From an uncultured Acidobacteriota bacterium (GTDB taxonomy: Bacteria > Actinomycetota > Acidimicrobiia > Spongiisociales > ZC4RG35), in contig CAVVMG010000001.1 in assembly GCA_963749415.1 (NCBI GenBank), forward strand, positions 1,676,745 to 1,740,744: 64,000 nt of DNA, read 5' to 3'. The notes under the pieces were generated by a model, which was not told the DNA's origin, searched no databases, and saw nothing but the letters and a program-made list of their open reading frames with translations. Shown in pieces: positions 8,233-18,337 of the stretch; the first letter of the stretch is position 1, and each line of letters begins with the position of its first letter. The translations under genes were made by a program, and so were the position numbers.

Positions 8233-9719
8233 TCTGGGCGCTGGTCGCCGCCTGTGCCGTGGCTTCGGTCCCGGCGGGGCTTCGCTGGCTGCGGATTGCC
8301 CAGAGAGAGCACTATCTCCCGCCGGCCGTGGCCACTTTTGCCGGTCGATGGTGGACCAGCGGAATCGTGAATCGGGGTCTCCTCGTCGTCATGCTCGCCG
8401 GGCTCGTCGGTTCATGGTGGAGCCCGTGGTGGGCATTTCTCGTCCCCGCCACCCAGATCGGACCGGTGGGTCTTGGCCTCAAAGGGCGGACTTCGCCACT
8501 GGCGTGGACCTCGAGGCTGCGCCGGGTGGCGATCCTCTCTGGTGTCTTGGCCATGAGCGTCTACTGGGCTGGGGCGGCAATCGAGTCCGCGTTCATGGCT
8601 GCACTGGGATTGTCCCTGTTGCCGGCGCTGGTCGACCTCTCGTTGCTTGCGTTGCTGCCGGTAGAGCGGATGCTGGCCAACCGCTGGGTGGAGCAGGCCG
8701 CCTCGCGGTTGAGCTCGTCTGGGGCCCGGGTGGTTGCCATCACCGGCTCCTACGGGAAGACCACCACCAAGCAGTACACAGCACACCTCCTCTCCGGGTC
8801 GTTCCGGGTGGTGGCCAGCCCTGCCTCCTTCAACAATCGAATGGGACTGGCCAGGGCGATCAATGAGCAACTGGCGCCGGGCACGGAGGTCTTCATCGCC
8901 GAGATGGGGACCTACGGGCGGGGCGAAATCGCCGAGCTCTGCACCTGGATCCACCCCGAGGTCTCTGCGATCGTCGCCATCGGGCCCGTCCATCTCGAGC
9001 GGTTCAAGACGGAAGAGCGGATCGTGAGCGCCAAGTCGGAGATCCTGGACGGGGCGAAGGTCGGGGTGCTGTCGGTCGACCATCCCCTGCTCCGCCGTCT
9101 CGCCGAGGAGCGGGAGGGGTCGATCGACATCATCACGGTCTCCACCGGGGATCGGGCCCGGATCGAAGTGCGCGATAGCCAGATCCACCTCGATGGCGGT
9201 GCCCTTGCCGCGATCCCGGATGGGGCCCTGGAAGTCAACCTCGGGATAGCCCTCGGGATCTGCCTCGCTCTCGGCGTGGACCCTGACCGAATCGTGGCTC
9301 GCCTCGGGGGACTGCCCCGTCCGGAGCACCGACAGACCGTCACCCGCTCCGAGCGAGGCTTCCTCGTCATCGACGACACCTACAACTCGAACCCGGCCGG
9401 GGCGCGTCTCGCCCTGACCCGGCTCCCGGGCCTGACCGACGGTGGCCGCGGTGTCCTGGTGACACCGGGAATGGTGGAGCTCGGTCCAAACCAGGCCAAG
9501 GAAAACGAGGTGTTCGCCGCCGCGGCGGCGGAGGTCGTGGATGACATCGTGGTCGTGGGCTCGACCAATCGCGCGGCGCTCCTGCGTGGTTCCGCCAACG
9601 GGCAGGCGTCGGTTACCGTCGTCGCGTCCCGTGATGAAGCCGTCACCTGGGTGCGGGACAATCTCGGGCCTGGAGATGCGGTCCTCTACGAGAACGACCT
9701 CCCCGACCACTATCCGTGA
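8229..9719 (+). CDS. murF: MurF-type Mur ligase with N-terminal membrane region
   Basis: ITGSYGKTTTK P-loop, SFNN, EMG, DDTYNSNP. Confidence 0.8.
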   Translation: MIWALVAACAVASVPAGLRWLRIAQREHYLPPAVATFAGRWWTSGIVNRGLLVVMLAGLVGSWWSPWWAFLVPATQIGPVGLGLKGRTSPLAWTSRLRRVAILSGVLAMSVYWAGAAIESAFMAALGLSLLPALVDLSLLALLPVERMLANRWVEQAASRLSSSGARVVAITGSYGKTTTKQYTAHLLSGSFRVVASPASFNNRMGLARAINEQLAPGTEVFIAEMGTYGRGEIAELCTWIHPEVSAIVAIGPVHLERFKTEERIVSAKSEILDGAKVGVLSVDHPLLRRLAEEREGSIDIITVSTGDRARIEVRDSQIHLDGGALAAIPDGALEVNLGIALGICLALGVDPDRIVARLGGLPRPEHRQTVTRSERGFLVIDDTYNSNPAGARLALTRLPGLTDGGRGVLVTPGMVELGPNQAKENEVFAAAAAEVVDDIVVVGSTNRAALLRGSANGQASVTVVASRDEAVTWVRDNLGPGDAVLYENDLPDHYP

Positions 9720-9728
9720 GGAGTGAGA

Positions 9729-10805
9729 ATGGCCAAGCCGGCGGTGATCTTCGGAGGCCCATCCGACGAGCACGACATCTCCATCCTCACCGGGCTCCAG
9801 GTCACGAGAGCCCTGGGGGACACGCATGCGGTCTACTGGTCGAAGACCGGGGACTGGCACCTGGTCGACGATGGGCTCGAGGCGTCCGACTTCGCCGACG
9901 GTGTTCCCCGGCGCTCTAGAGAGCTGGAATTCATCGCTGCCCCTGGAAGGGGGATGATCCTCAAGAAGCGGCCCCTCGACGTGACGGCGGTGCTGATCGC
10001 ATGTCATGGTGGGCCCGGGGAGGACGGCACCCTGCAGGGCCTGCTCGACATCGTCGGCCTGCGCTACACCGGCCCCGGCCAGGCGGCGTCGGCCCTGGGG
10101 ATGGACAAGCTCGCATTTGGGGCTTCCATGGCCGCTGCGAGCCTGCCCACTCTCGACCGTGCCCTGGTGGCCACCGGCGAGGAGGCTCCCCCCGACTTCT
10201 CCGGTCCCTACATCGTCAAGCCCCGTTTCGGCGGTTCCTCGATCGGGATCGAGGTGGCGGAAGACTGGGAGACCGTTCTCGCCCTGAAGAAGACATCGTC
10301 ATACTTCGACCGGGGGGCGGTGGTCGAGCACTTCCTCGCAGGGAGCCGGGACCTCCAGGTGGCGGTGCGCACCTATCCCGCCTTCGAGTCGTCCGCAGTC
10401 GAGGCCCCGTCGCGGGCCGGCGACGGGATCTATTCCTATGACCAGAAGTATCTGGCTTGGGGGGGCGAGGTCAGGGCGGGTCGGGAGTTGCCTGCGACCC
10501 TCGAGCCGGGCGTGGAACAGGAAGTGAGACGGTTGTCGGCACGAGTCACCGAGGCCGCCGGGTTGAGGGGCGTGGCCCGCATCGATTTCCTCGAGCGCGA
10601 GGGCGAGGTCCTGGTCAACGAGGTCAACACCATCCCTGGCTCCATGGGCGCCTATTTGTGGATCGACCCTCCGTTGACCAGAGAGCGCCTCTTCACCGAC
10701 ATGCTCGCCGAGGCTGAGGCCGATCCCATGCGAGTGTTCTCGACAGCCGGGAGCGATGGGACGGCTCTACGTAATGCGGGGACCATCGCCTCGAAGCTGG
10801 GTTGA
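9729..10805 (+). CDS. ddl: D-alanine-D-alanine ligase family (ATP-grasp)
   Basis: FGGPSDEHDIS, HGGPGEDG, MDK, GGSSIG, YSYDQKY, NEVNTIPG. Confidence 0.85.
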   Translation: MAKPAVIFGGPSDEHDISILTGLQVTRALGDTHAVYWSKTGDWHLVDDGLEASDFADGVPRRSRELEFIAAPGRGMILKKRPLDVTAVLIACHGGPGEDGTLQGLLDIVGLRYTGPGQAASALGMDKLAFGASMAAASLPTLDRALVATGEEAPPDFSGPYIVKPRFGGSSIGIEVAEDWETVLALKKTSSYFDRGAVVEHFLAGSRDLQVAVRTYPAFESSAVEAPSRAGDGIYSYDQKYLAWGGEVRAGRELPATLEPGVEQEVRRLSARVTEAAGLRGVARIDFLEREGEVLVNEVNTIPGSMGAYLWIDPPLTRERLFTDMLAEAEADPMRVFSTAGSDGTALRNAGTIASKLG

Positions 10806-10821
10806 CGGCTCCTATGAGAAC

Positions 10822-10839
10822 GGCCGGCGTTTGCCGGCC
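10822..10839. terminator. GC-rich hairpin between convergent genes
   Basis: GGCCGGC-GTTT-GCCGGCC; no long U tract. Confidence 0.45.
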
Positions 10840-10864
10840 CTCGCTGAGTCAGCGCCGGTCCGGA

Positions 10865-11098
10865 TCAGAGGTGAACTACGGGGCAGGTCAGAGTGCGGGT
10901 GATGCCGTCGATCGCCTGGATCTTGGCCACGACCAGCTTGCCGAGGGAGTCGACATCCTCTGATGTCGCTTTGACGATCACGTCGTAGGGTCCGGTCACA
11001 TCATCGGCGGAGTCGACGCCGATGATATTTCGCACTTCCTCTGCCACGAGGGCGGCCTTGCCGACCTCGGTCTGGATCAGGACGTAGGCCTGGACCAA
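10865..11098 (-). CDS. Stand-alone Lrp/AsnC ligand-binding domain protein
   Basis: AYVLIQTEVG, VTGPYDVI, GITRTLTC; TTG start after AAGGAGG. Confidence 0.85.
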   Translation of the reverse strand: MVQAYVLIQTEVGKAALVAEEVRNIIGVDSADDVTGPYDVIVKATSEDVDSLGKLVVAKIQAIDGITRTLTCPVVHL

Positions 11099-11192
11099 CT
11101 GAGCCTCCTTAGGGTCTCGGGTCGAAGCGACCCTAGTTGATTGGCCACGGGGCGGTATGGGGTAGGTGAGGGTCTGTCGAGAAAGGACGACG

Positions 11193-11729
11193 ATGCCCGA
11201 ATTGAGCCCGACAGTCGACCTCGATCCCCGCTTCAGCAGCGAAGGCGCCACTCCCCGAGCCTGGTCAGAAGTGGAATCTGTGTTGGATGCGGCCGAGGCT
11301 TTCTGGCTGACCACGGTGCGCCGGGACGGAAGGCCCCATGTGACCCCGCTGCCTGCGGTCTGGCACGACGGGTCGCTTCATTTCTGCACCGGGCCCGGAG
11401 AGCAGAAGGCAAAGAACCTCGAAACGAACCCGAGTTGCGTCCTCACCACGGGGAGCAACAGGGGCGACGCCATCCTCGACATCGTGGTGGAAGGCCGGGC
11501 GGAGCGGGTGATCGACGAACCGACCCTGCGGGTGCTGGCCGGCCTCTGGAGGTCGAAGCTCGACTGGCCGTTCGAGGTGGTCGAAGGTGGCTTCCACCAT
11601 CCTGCCGATGCCGTGGCCGAGGATGAGGACGGCAGCAGCATCATGGCGCATGTGTTCGCCGTCGCCCCGGTGAAGGTGTTGGCTTTTGCCAAGAGCGAGC
11701 CCTACAGCCAGACCCGCTACCGCTTCTAG
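11193..11729 (+). CDS. Pyridoxamine 5'-phosphate oxidase family protein
   Basis: WLTTVRRDGRPHVTP, KAKNLETNP; GAAAGGA RBS. Confidence 0.85.
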   Translation: MPELSPTVDLDPRFSSEGATPRAWSEVESVLDAAEAFWLTTVRRDGRPHVTPLPAVWHDGSLHFCTGPGEQKAKNLETNPSCVLTTGSNRGDAILDIVVEGRAERVIDEPTLRVLAGLWRSKLDWPFEVVEGGFHHPADAVAEDEDGSSIMAHVFAVAPVKVLAFAKSEPYSQTRYRF

Positions 11730-11732
11730 CGG

Positions 11733-11948
11733 CTAGTAGCCCTCCTGGCCCACCCGGACGGTGATCGCGAACTCGTGACCGTCTTCCTCGACGGTTTCGA
11801 ACACGAGGCGCTGGCCCTGGCGAAGAGTGCGGAAGATGGAGCCCTTCAACGAGCCCGGACGAAGGAAGACCTCGCCACGGTCTTCGTCACGGACGATGAT
11901 CCCGACGCCGGTCACAGGGTCGTAGGCCTTGACCACCCCCTGAGGCAT
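11733..11948 (-). CDS. Cold-shock-like OB-fold small protein
   Basis: GVVKAYDPVTGVG, FRTLRQGQRLVFE. Confidence 0.7.
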   Translation of the reverse strand: MPQGVVKAYDPVTGVGIIVRDEDRGEVFLRPGSLKGSIFRTLRQGQRLVFETVEEDGHEFAITVRVGQEGY

Positions 11949-11950
11949 GT

Positions 11951-12139
11951 TCAGGCCTTTTCCACCTTGCCGGCCCGGATGCAGGAGGTGCATACCCGGG
12001 CGCGACGGGTGTTGGACCCGTGACGAACCCGAACCCGCTGGATGTTGGGCAACCAGCGCCGGTTGTTCCTCTTGTGGGAGAAGCTGACGGTCTTGCCGTA
12101 GGACGGCTCCTTGCCGCAGATCTCACAGCGATAAGACAT
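11951..12139 (-). CDS. rpmB: 50S ribosomal protein L28 (Zn-binding form)
   Basis: CEICGK...[18 protein letters not shown]...[11 protein letters not shown]. Confidence 0.95.
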   Translation of the reverse strand: MSYRCEICGKEPSYGKTVSFSHKRNNRRWLPNIQRVRVRHGSNTRRARVCTSCIRAGKVEKA

Positions 12140-12281
12140 GGCGAAAACTCCTGGGAGGGTCGGAGGGCGGACGGCCCGCAAGGACCGTTTCGACCGAAGG
12201 GCAGGATAGCGGCGTCCCAGGCCAAGTCCCACTTCGCCTGTACCGTGGCAATGTGGCAGCGCTTCAGCATCGGATGCGGTC

Positions 12282-14447
12282 ATGGCCACACTGAGCCGTC
12301 TCGCCGCGATACCCGTGTCCGAGGTCAAGTCCCTCGGTGCCAAGCGGATCGCGGCTCTGCAGAAGGCCGGCATGGGCACCGTGGTCGACCTCCTGCACCA
12401 TGTGCCCAGGACCTACCTGGACCGCACCGACAAGCCTCCGCTCGCCGGGGTGACCGTGGGCGCCGAGGTCACGATCATCGCAGAGGTGAAGCGCATCGCC
12501 ACCCGTCGCCCCCGCCCCAGGTTCACGATGACCGAGGCGGTGATCTCCGACGACACCGGGTCGCTCAAGGTGGTGTGGTTCAACCAGAACTATCGGGAGA
12601 AGCAGCTCCCCCCGGGAACCGAGGCCGCGTTCTCCGGAACCGTCGAGTCGTTTCGTGGCAGCCTCCAGATGTCGAACCCTGCGGTCGAGGTGCTGAACGG
12701 CGAGGACGAGCCACTGGTCACCGGGCGGGTCGTCCCCGTCTATTCCCAGGTGGGAACGGTCAAGACCGGGGATTTCCTCAGGGCCGTCAACAACGCCTTG
12801 AAGCGGGCACGACCCATTCCCGACCCCATCCCCGAGGTGGTCCTGGCGAGCAACGGATTGATGGGCCGTGACGAGGCATACGGGCTGATCCACTTCCCTG
12901 ATACCGAAGACCAGACCCTTCCCGCCAGACGCCGCCTGATCTATGACGAGTTGTTCCGGCTCGAGCTGGCGCTTGCCCTGAGGAAGCGCCGACAGACCGA
13001 GGACGCCACCGGTTTCGCTCACCGGCCGACCGGCGAGCTGGCAGACCGATTCATGGCTGGTCTCCCCTACGTGCTGACCGGGGCTCAGAAGAGGGTCCTC
13101 GCCGAGATCGTCTCCGACCTCGAGGAGCCGCATCCCATGCATCGCCTCCTCCACGGAGAGGTGGGTTCCGGCAAGACTGTCGTCGCCGTGGCAACGTTGC
13201 TCTGCGGTGTCGAGGGAGGCTGGCAGGGAGCGATCATGGCTCCGACCGAGGTCCTTGCCGTTCAGCACTTCCTTGGGGTCACCGGGCTCCTCGCCGAAGC
13301 CGGGCTGTCACCAGAGCCGTTCGCCTCCGACAGTGACCTGGGGATGGAGAGCCTCTTCGGGAAGGACGGGCCGGCGGTGCACATCGGGCTGATCACTGGC
13401 TCGACCGCGGCCTCGAATTACCGCTCGAACATGAGCAGGAAGGCCCTGCTCGACGATGTCGCCTCGGGCCAGGTCGACATCCTGGTCGGCACCCATGCCC
13501 TCATCCAGGAAGGGGTCCACTTCCACAGACTCGGAGTGGCGGTGGTCGACGAGCAGCACCGGTTCGGGGTCGCCCAGAGGGTCATGCTCAAGGAGAAGGC
13601 GGACGCGATCGACCCCGACCTCCTGATCATGACCGCGACCCCCATCCCACGTACGCTGTCGATGACCCTCTATGGCGACCTGGACGTCTCCGGGCTGGAC
13701 GAGATGCCCCCCGGAAGGTCCCCCGTCGAGACCACGGTCCTGAGCCGCGCCCAGGAGGGGATCGCTTGGGCAAAAGTCGAGGAAGAGGTCAAAGCGGGGC
13801 ACCAGGCTTTCGTCGTGTGCCCCCTGGTAGAGGAAAGCGCCAAAGTCGAAGCTGCCTCGGCAACCGCAGAGCACCAGCGACTGTCGGCGATTCTCGGCGG
13901 CCTCACTGTGGGCCTGATCCATGGCCAGCTCCGGCCGGCGGAGAAAGACTCGGTCATGTCAGCATTCCGATCCGGGAAGATCGACGTCCTGGTCTCCACG
14001 ACGGTGATCGAGGTCGGTATCGACGTGCCGAATGCGACCGTGATGGTGATCGAGGATGCCGATCGGTTCGGCCTCAGCCAGCTCCACCAGCTCCGAGGGC
14101 GGGTGGGCCGTGGCTCTGCTGCCGGTTTCTGCCTGCTGATCGCCGATCCGGCCAGTGAGGACGCCGAAGAGCGCTTGGCGGCGATGGCGGCAACCACTGA
14201 TGGCCTCGAGCTCGCTCAACACGACCTGAGGATCCGCGGTCAGGGGACCGTGTTCGGCGTCCGGCAGTCGGGCATGGCGGACCTGGTGCTCGCCGACATC
14301 ATCCGTGACCTCGATCTGCTGACTGCCGCGCGCAAGGACGCCTTCACGATTGTCGACCGTGACCCGGTGCTCAGCGAGCATCCGGAGCTCGCCGAAGAGG
14401 TCCGGGCATTGCTCGGAGAGTCGGTGGAGTGGCTGTTCAAGAGTTGA
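12282..14447 (+). CDS. recG: ATP-dependent DNA helicase RecG
   Basis: [36 protein letters not shown]. Confidence 0.95.
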   Translation: MATLSRLAAIPVSEVKSLGAKRIAALQKAGMGTVVDLLHHVPRTYLDRTDKPPLAGVTVGAEVTIIAEVKRIATRRPRPRFTMTEAVISDDTGSLKVVWFNQNYREKQLPPGTEAAFSGTVESFRGSLQMSNPAVEVLNGEDEPLVTGRVVPVYSQVGTVKTGDFLRAVNNALKRARPIPDPIPEVVLASNGLMGRDEAYGLIHFPDTEDQTLPARRRLIYDELFRLELALALRKRRQTEDATGFAHRPTGELADRFMAGLPYVLTGAQKRVLAEIVSDLEEPHPMHRLLHGEVGSGKTVVAVATLLCGVEGGWQGAIMAPTEVLAVQHFLGVTGLLAEAGLSPEPFASDSDLGMESLFGKDGPAVHIGLITGSTAASNYRSNMSRKALLDDVASGQVDILVGTHALIQEGVHFHRLGVAVVDEQHRFGVAQRVMLKEKADAIDPDLLIMTATPIPRTLSMTLYGDLDVSGLDEMPPGRSPVETTVLSRAQEGIAWAKVEEEVKAGHQAFVVCPLVEESAKVEAASATAEHQRLSAILGGLTVGLIHGQLRPAEKDSVMSAFRSGKIDVLVSTTVIEVGIDVPNATVMVIEDADRFGLSQLHQLRGRVGRGSAAGFCLLIADPASEDAEERLAAMAATTDGLELAQHDLRIRGQGTVFGVRQSGMADLVLADIIRDLDLLTAARKDAFTIVDRDPVLSEHPELAEEVRALLGESVEWLFKS

Positions 14448-14454
14448 GTGCCTG

Positions 14455-14997
14455 TTGAGGATCATCGCCGGCAAGGCCAAGGGGAAGCGGCTCACTGCAC
14501 CTGACACGCCTGCGACCCGGCCAGTGACCGATCGGGTGCGGGAAGCAGTGTTCTCGATGGTCGGCGCCTGGGTCGAGGATGCAAGAGTCCTCGACCTCTA
14601 CGCCGGATCCGGGTCCTTCGGCCTCGAGGCCCTGTCCCGGGGGGCAGACCGGGCCACCTTCGTCGAGAATGGCAACCGCGCCCTGGAGGCCCTGCGCTCG
14701 AACATCGAGTCGGTCGCCCTGGGGGGAACGGTGGTCTCATCGTCGGTGGAGGACTTCCTGACCAGGGCGGATGGTGAGTTCGACCTGGTGTTCATGGACC
14801 CGCCTTGGCCCCAGCCCACATCCACGATGGAGGCCGACCTCGCCATCCTCGACCGGCTGTTGGCGCCGGGGGCGGAGGTGATCGTGTCCCGCCGGCACGG
14901 CGACGAGCCGCCCGCTATCCCCGTAACCTGGGGTGTTGCCACCGATAGACGATACGGAGATACCAGAATCTTCAGGTACGAGAAGGAATCGGGATGA
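14455..14997 (+). CDS. rsmD: 16S rRNA m2G966 methyltransferase
   Basis: TTG start MRIIAG, RPVTDRVRE, DLYAGSG, MDPP. Confidence 0.9.
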   Translation: MRIIAGKAKGKRLTAPDTPATRPVTDRVREAVFSMVGAWVEDARVLDLYAGSGSFGLEALSRGADRATFVENGNRALEALRSNIESVALGGTVVSSSVEDFLTRADGEFDLVFMDPPWPQPTSTMEADLAILDRLLAPGAEVIVSRRHGDEPPAIPVTWGVATDRRYGDTRIFRYEKESG

Positions 14998-15461
14998 CGA
15001 AGGCCCTATGCCCCGGGAGTTTTGACCCGCCCACCAACGGTCACGTCGACGTGATCGAGAGAGCCATAACCGCCTTCGACCAGGTTGCGATCGCGGTCAT
15101 CGACAATCCATCGAAGAGATCGATGTTCACCGCGGCGGAGCGTGCCGACTTGTTGCGCGAGCTCTTCGGTGACCGCGTCGAGGTCGGCACCTTCGAAGGG
15201 CTGCTGGTCGACTACGCATCCCGGGTCGGCGCCGATGTCGTGATCAAGGGACTGCGGACGGTCGGGGACTACGAATACGAGTTGCAGATGGCACAGATGA
15301 ACCGGTCGTTGAGCGGCATGGAAACCGTGTTCATGGCAACCAAGGAGGATTGGAGCTTCGTCTCGTCGTCACTGGTCAAGGAAGTGGCGAGGCTGGGGGG
15401 ATCGGTGAGCGGGCTGGTGCCCGACGTCGTCGAGAAAGCACTGAAGGAGCGCCTGTCATGA
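14994..15461 (+). CDS. coaD: Phosphopantetheine adenylyltransferase
   Basis: PGSFDPPTNGH, KGLR, SSSLVKE. Confidence 0.95.
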   Translation: MTKALCPGSFDPPTNGHVDVIERAITAFDQVAIAVIDNPSKRSMFTAAERADLLRELFGDRVEVGTFEGLLVDYASRVGADVVIKGLRTVGDYEYELQMAQMNRSLSGMETVFMATKEDWSFVSSSLVKEVARLGGSVSGLVPDVVEKALKERLS

Positions 15462-15997
15462 CCCCGGAAACCCCGATACAAACCGCACCGCCCGAGATGG
15501 CGGAGCAGCCGCCGCGCACCGAGCTCGCCGATCTTCAGGACATGGTCGACGACCTGATCGTCTTTCTCCATGAGGCGAAGACGGTCCCCCTGTCGGGAAA
15601 CGCAATCGTCGATCGCGAGCAGTTTCTCGGTCTTCTGGAGAAGATCCGGACCGGGCTCCCCGACGAGCTGAGGGCGGCCCGCTGGATGGTGCGAGAACGC
15701 GAGGCTTTCATCGCTCGCACCAATGAGAAGGCGCGGGAGATCGTGGACCGTGCCCGCAACGAGGCCGATGAGCTGGTGTCCGACTCCAGCATCGTGTCTG
15801 AGGCTGTGGAAGAGGCGAACATCCTGGTCCGCAGGGCCGAGGGTGAGGCCAGACGTCTCCGTCTCGAAACCGAAGACGAGATCGAGAAGAAGCTGCAGCG
15901 TGTCGAAGCGCTTCTCGGCGAGCTCACCGACCAGGTGCAGATGGCTCGCGACGAGCTTCACCAGGCACGCCCCAAGGCGCCCGAAGTACCGCTCTGA
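15458..15997 (+). CDS. SepIVA/Rv2927c-like coiled-coil protein
   Basis: AKTVPLS, LPDELRAARW, heptad pattern; usual position between coaD and DUF177. Confidence 0.7.
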   Translation: MTPETPIQTAPPEMAEQPPRTELADLQDMVDDLIVFLHEAKTVPLSGNAIVDREQFLGLLEKIRTGLPDELRAARWMVREREAFIARTNEKAREIVDRARNEADELVSDSSIVSEAVEEANILVRRAEGEARRLRLETEDEIEKKLQRVEALLGELTDQVQMARDELHQARPKAPEVPL

Positions 15998-15998
15998 G

Positions 15999-16490
15999 AT
16001 GACTTCGAACCTGATCGTCCCGGTCCGGGACCTGGTCGGGTCCCCGGGCAAGGAACGGCCGTTCTCCGGTGAGCAGCAGGTGAAGCTGAGGCTGGGGGAG
16101 ACGTCGGTCGACGGCCCGATGACGGTCGATGGCCTGGTCATTGGGATGATCCACGGTGTCCTGGCGAGGTTCCATGCCTCGGCGATCGCCCACTTCACCT
16201 GCACGAGATGCCTTGTGGAGTGGGAGGCTCCGGTCTCGGTCGACGCCGAACAGGTGTTTTCCGGCATCCCCGACGAGGACGGTTATGGCATCGTCGACGA
16301 TGAGGTGGACGTCGGGCGGCCCGCCACGGACGAGCTGGCACTCGCCCTGCCCCCAGCTCCGCCGTGCCGGCCCGACTGCAAGGGACTTTGCCCAACATGT
16401 GGAACCGACTTGAATACAGATCCCTGCGACGGCCATGGGGAGGACTCCGAATCCCCATTTGCTGCGCTGAAGGATCTGTTCGATCCCTGA
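15999..16490 (+). CDS. DUF177/YceD family protein
   Basis: CTRCL and CRPDCKGLCPTCG; upstream of rpmF. Confidence 0.88.
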   Translation: MTSNLIVPVRDLVGSPGKERPFSGEQQVKLRLGETSVDGPMTVDGLVIGMIHGVLARFHASAIAHFTCTRCLVEWEAPVSVDAEQVFSGIPDEDGYGIVDDEVDVGRPATDELALALPPAPPCRPDCKGLCPTCGTDLNTDPCDGHGEDSESPFAALKDLFDP

Positions 16491-16511
16491 GATACCAAGG
16501 AGTGACCGCAA

Positions 16512-16688
16512 ATGGCGGTGCCCAAGAAGAAGATGTCGCGCTCGCGTACCCGGCAGCGCAAAGCAGCATGGAAGGTCTCTCGCCCGACCACGGTCGCCTG
16601 CGATCGCTGCGGCCGTCCCAAGCTCCCGCACCGAGCCTGTCGAGAGTGCGGCACCTACAGCGGCCGTGAGGTCGTGAAAGCCGACTGA
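16512..16688 (+). CDS. rpmF: 50S ribosomal protein L32 (58 aa, below the ORF-track cutoff)
   Basis: MAVPKKKMSRSRTRQR...CDRCG...HRACRECGTY. Confidence 0.95.
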   Translation: MAVPKKKMSRSRTRQRKAAWKVSRPTTVACDRCGRPKLPHRACRECGTYSGREVVKAD

Positions 16689-16691
16689 GCC

Positions 16692-17663
16692 TTGGCCCGT
16701 ATCGCCCTCGATGCCATGGGGGGCGACAACGCCCCATCAGAGACGGTTGCAGGCGCGGTCGAGGCGGCCCGGCGTGGCGTCGACGTTGTGCTGGTCGGTG
16801 ACCACCATCTGATCGAGGCCGAGCTGGCCAAACACGAGACCCGTCTCCCGATAGTCGACGCTCCTGAGGTGATCGGCATGTCCGATGACCCGGCGCGGGC
16901 CATCCGGGAGAAGCCGGGTGCCTCGATCACGGTGGCTGCGAAGCTGGTCGCAGAGCGCTCCGCTTTGGGGATGGTCTCCGCCGGCTCCACGGGAGCCGCC
17001 ATGGCCGCGGCCGCCATAATCATCGGCCGAATCAGGGGTGTGGCCCGGCCCTCGATCGCTTCCATCTTCCCGACCCCGGGCTCGCCCACGCTCGTGCTCG
17101 ACTCCGGGGCGAATCCCGAGGTCAGGCCCGAGCAGCTCGCCCAGTTCGGGATCATGGGGTCGGTTGCCGCCCAGGTGCTGCTGGGTATCGACATGCCCCG
17201 CGTCGGGCTCTTGTCGATCGGTGAGGAGAAGGGGAAGGGCCGCGACCTGGAGCGTGCCGCGTACGACCTGCTCGAAGCGGCACCCGTGAATTTCATCGGC
17301 AATCTCGAGGGTCGCGACGTGGCCACCGAGCGTGCCGACGTCATCGTCACCGACGGATTCACCGGCAATGTCTTCCTGAAGACGATGGAGGGCGCCGCCA
17401 GGATGATCGGCCGCCTTGCCCTAGAAGAGCTGTCGGCCCTCGACCCCGAAGTGCAGGAGGCGGCGATGCCGGCTCTGATGCGGCTCCGTCAGCGCCTCGA
17501 CTATGAGACCTACGGGGGCGCCCAGCTCCTCGGCGTGAAAGGCGTGGTGGTCATCGCCCATGGCTCGTCGAGCCGGGTTGCAATTGCCAACGCCTTGGAG
17601 ATGGCCCGAGATGGGGCCGAGCGCGACCTGCCCGGCCGTCTCGCCACCGAACTGGCCTCGTGA
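16692..17663 (+). CDS. plsX: Phosphate acyltransferase PlsX
   Basis: IALDAMGGDNAP, SAGSTGA, LDSGAN, VTDGFTGNV. Confidence 0.95.
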   Translation: MARIALDAMGGDNAPSETVAGAVEAARRGVDVVLVGDHHLIEAELAKHETRLPIVDAPEVIGMSDDPARAIREKPGASITVAAKLVAERSALGMVSAGSTGAAMAAAAIIIGRIRGVARPSIASIFPTPGSPTLVLDSGANPEVRPEQLAQFGIMGSVAAQVLLGIDMPRVGLLSIGEEKGKGRDLERAAYDLLEAAPVNFIGNLEGRDVATERADVIVTDGFTGNVFLKTMEGAARMIGRLALEELSALDPEVQEAAMPALMRLRQRLDYETYGGAQLLGVKGVVVIAHGSSSRVAIANALEMARDGAERDLPGRLATELAS

Positions 17664-18337
17664 CCACCCTCGAGGACCGGCTCGGGTACGTGTTCAGCGA
17701 TCCCGGCCTCCTCGGGCTGGCGCTGACCCATCGCTCGGTGAGCGCCGAGGATCAGACACGACCCGACAACGAGCGCCTCGAGTTCCTTGGCGACGCCGTG
17801 CTTCAGGTGGTCACCACCGACCGCCTCTATCACGAGTTCTCACGGCTCGCCGAGGGGAAGATGGCGAAGATTCGCGCCGCGCTCGTCAGCCGCCCGACCC
17901 TCGCCGACGTGGCCCGGAGCATCGATCTCGGTGCTCACCTCGAGCTGGCTAGCGCAGAGGACCGCACCGGGGGGAGAGACAAGGACTCGATCCTGGCCGA
18001 CGCGATGGAAGCTGTCATCGGCGCCGTCTATCTCGATGGCGGGCTGGACAAGTCCCGTGAGCTCATCGACCGGCTGTGGGGCGACCGGGTCGAGGACAGG
18101 GCGAAGAGCCCTGGCGTCAAGGACTACAAGACCCGCCTCCAGGAGGTGCTGGCCAGGGACGGGCGGCGACCCGAATACCACACCGACGGCTCCGGGCCCG
18201 ACCATCAGCGTCTGTTCTCTTCCTCGGTCGGGGTGGGCGATGTCGAGCTGGGCACGGGCTCTGGCAGGTCCAAGAAGGAAGCCGAGCAGGAAGCGGCCCG
18301 CCTGGCCCTCGACTCGCTCAGCCGGGCGTCGGGCTGA
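17660..18337 (+). CDS. rnc: Ribonuclease III
   Basis: NERLEFLGDAV signature, dsRBD with SKKEAEQ. Confidence 0.95.
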   Translation: MTTLEDRLGYVFSDPGLLGLALTHRSVSAEDQTRPDNERLEFLGDAVLQVVTTDRLYHEFSRLAEGKMAKIRAALVSRPTLADVARSIDLGAHLELASAEDRTGGRDKDSILADAMEAVIGAVYLDGGLDKSRELIDRLWGDRVEDRAKSPGVKDYKTRLQEVLARDGRRPEYHTDGSGPDHQRLFSSSVGVGDVELGTGSGRSKKEAEQEAARLALDSLSRASG

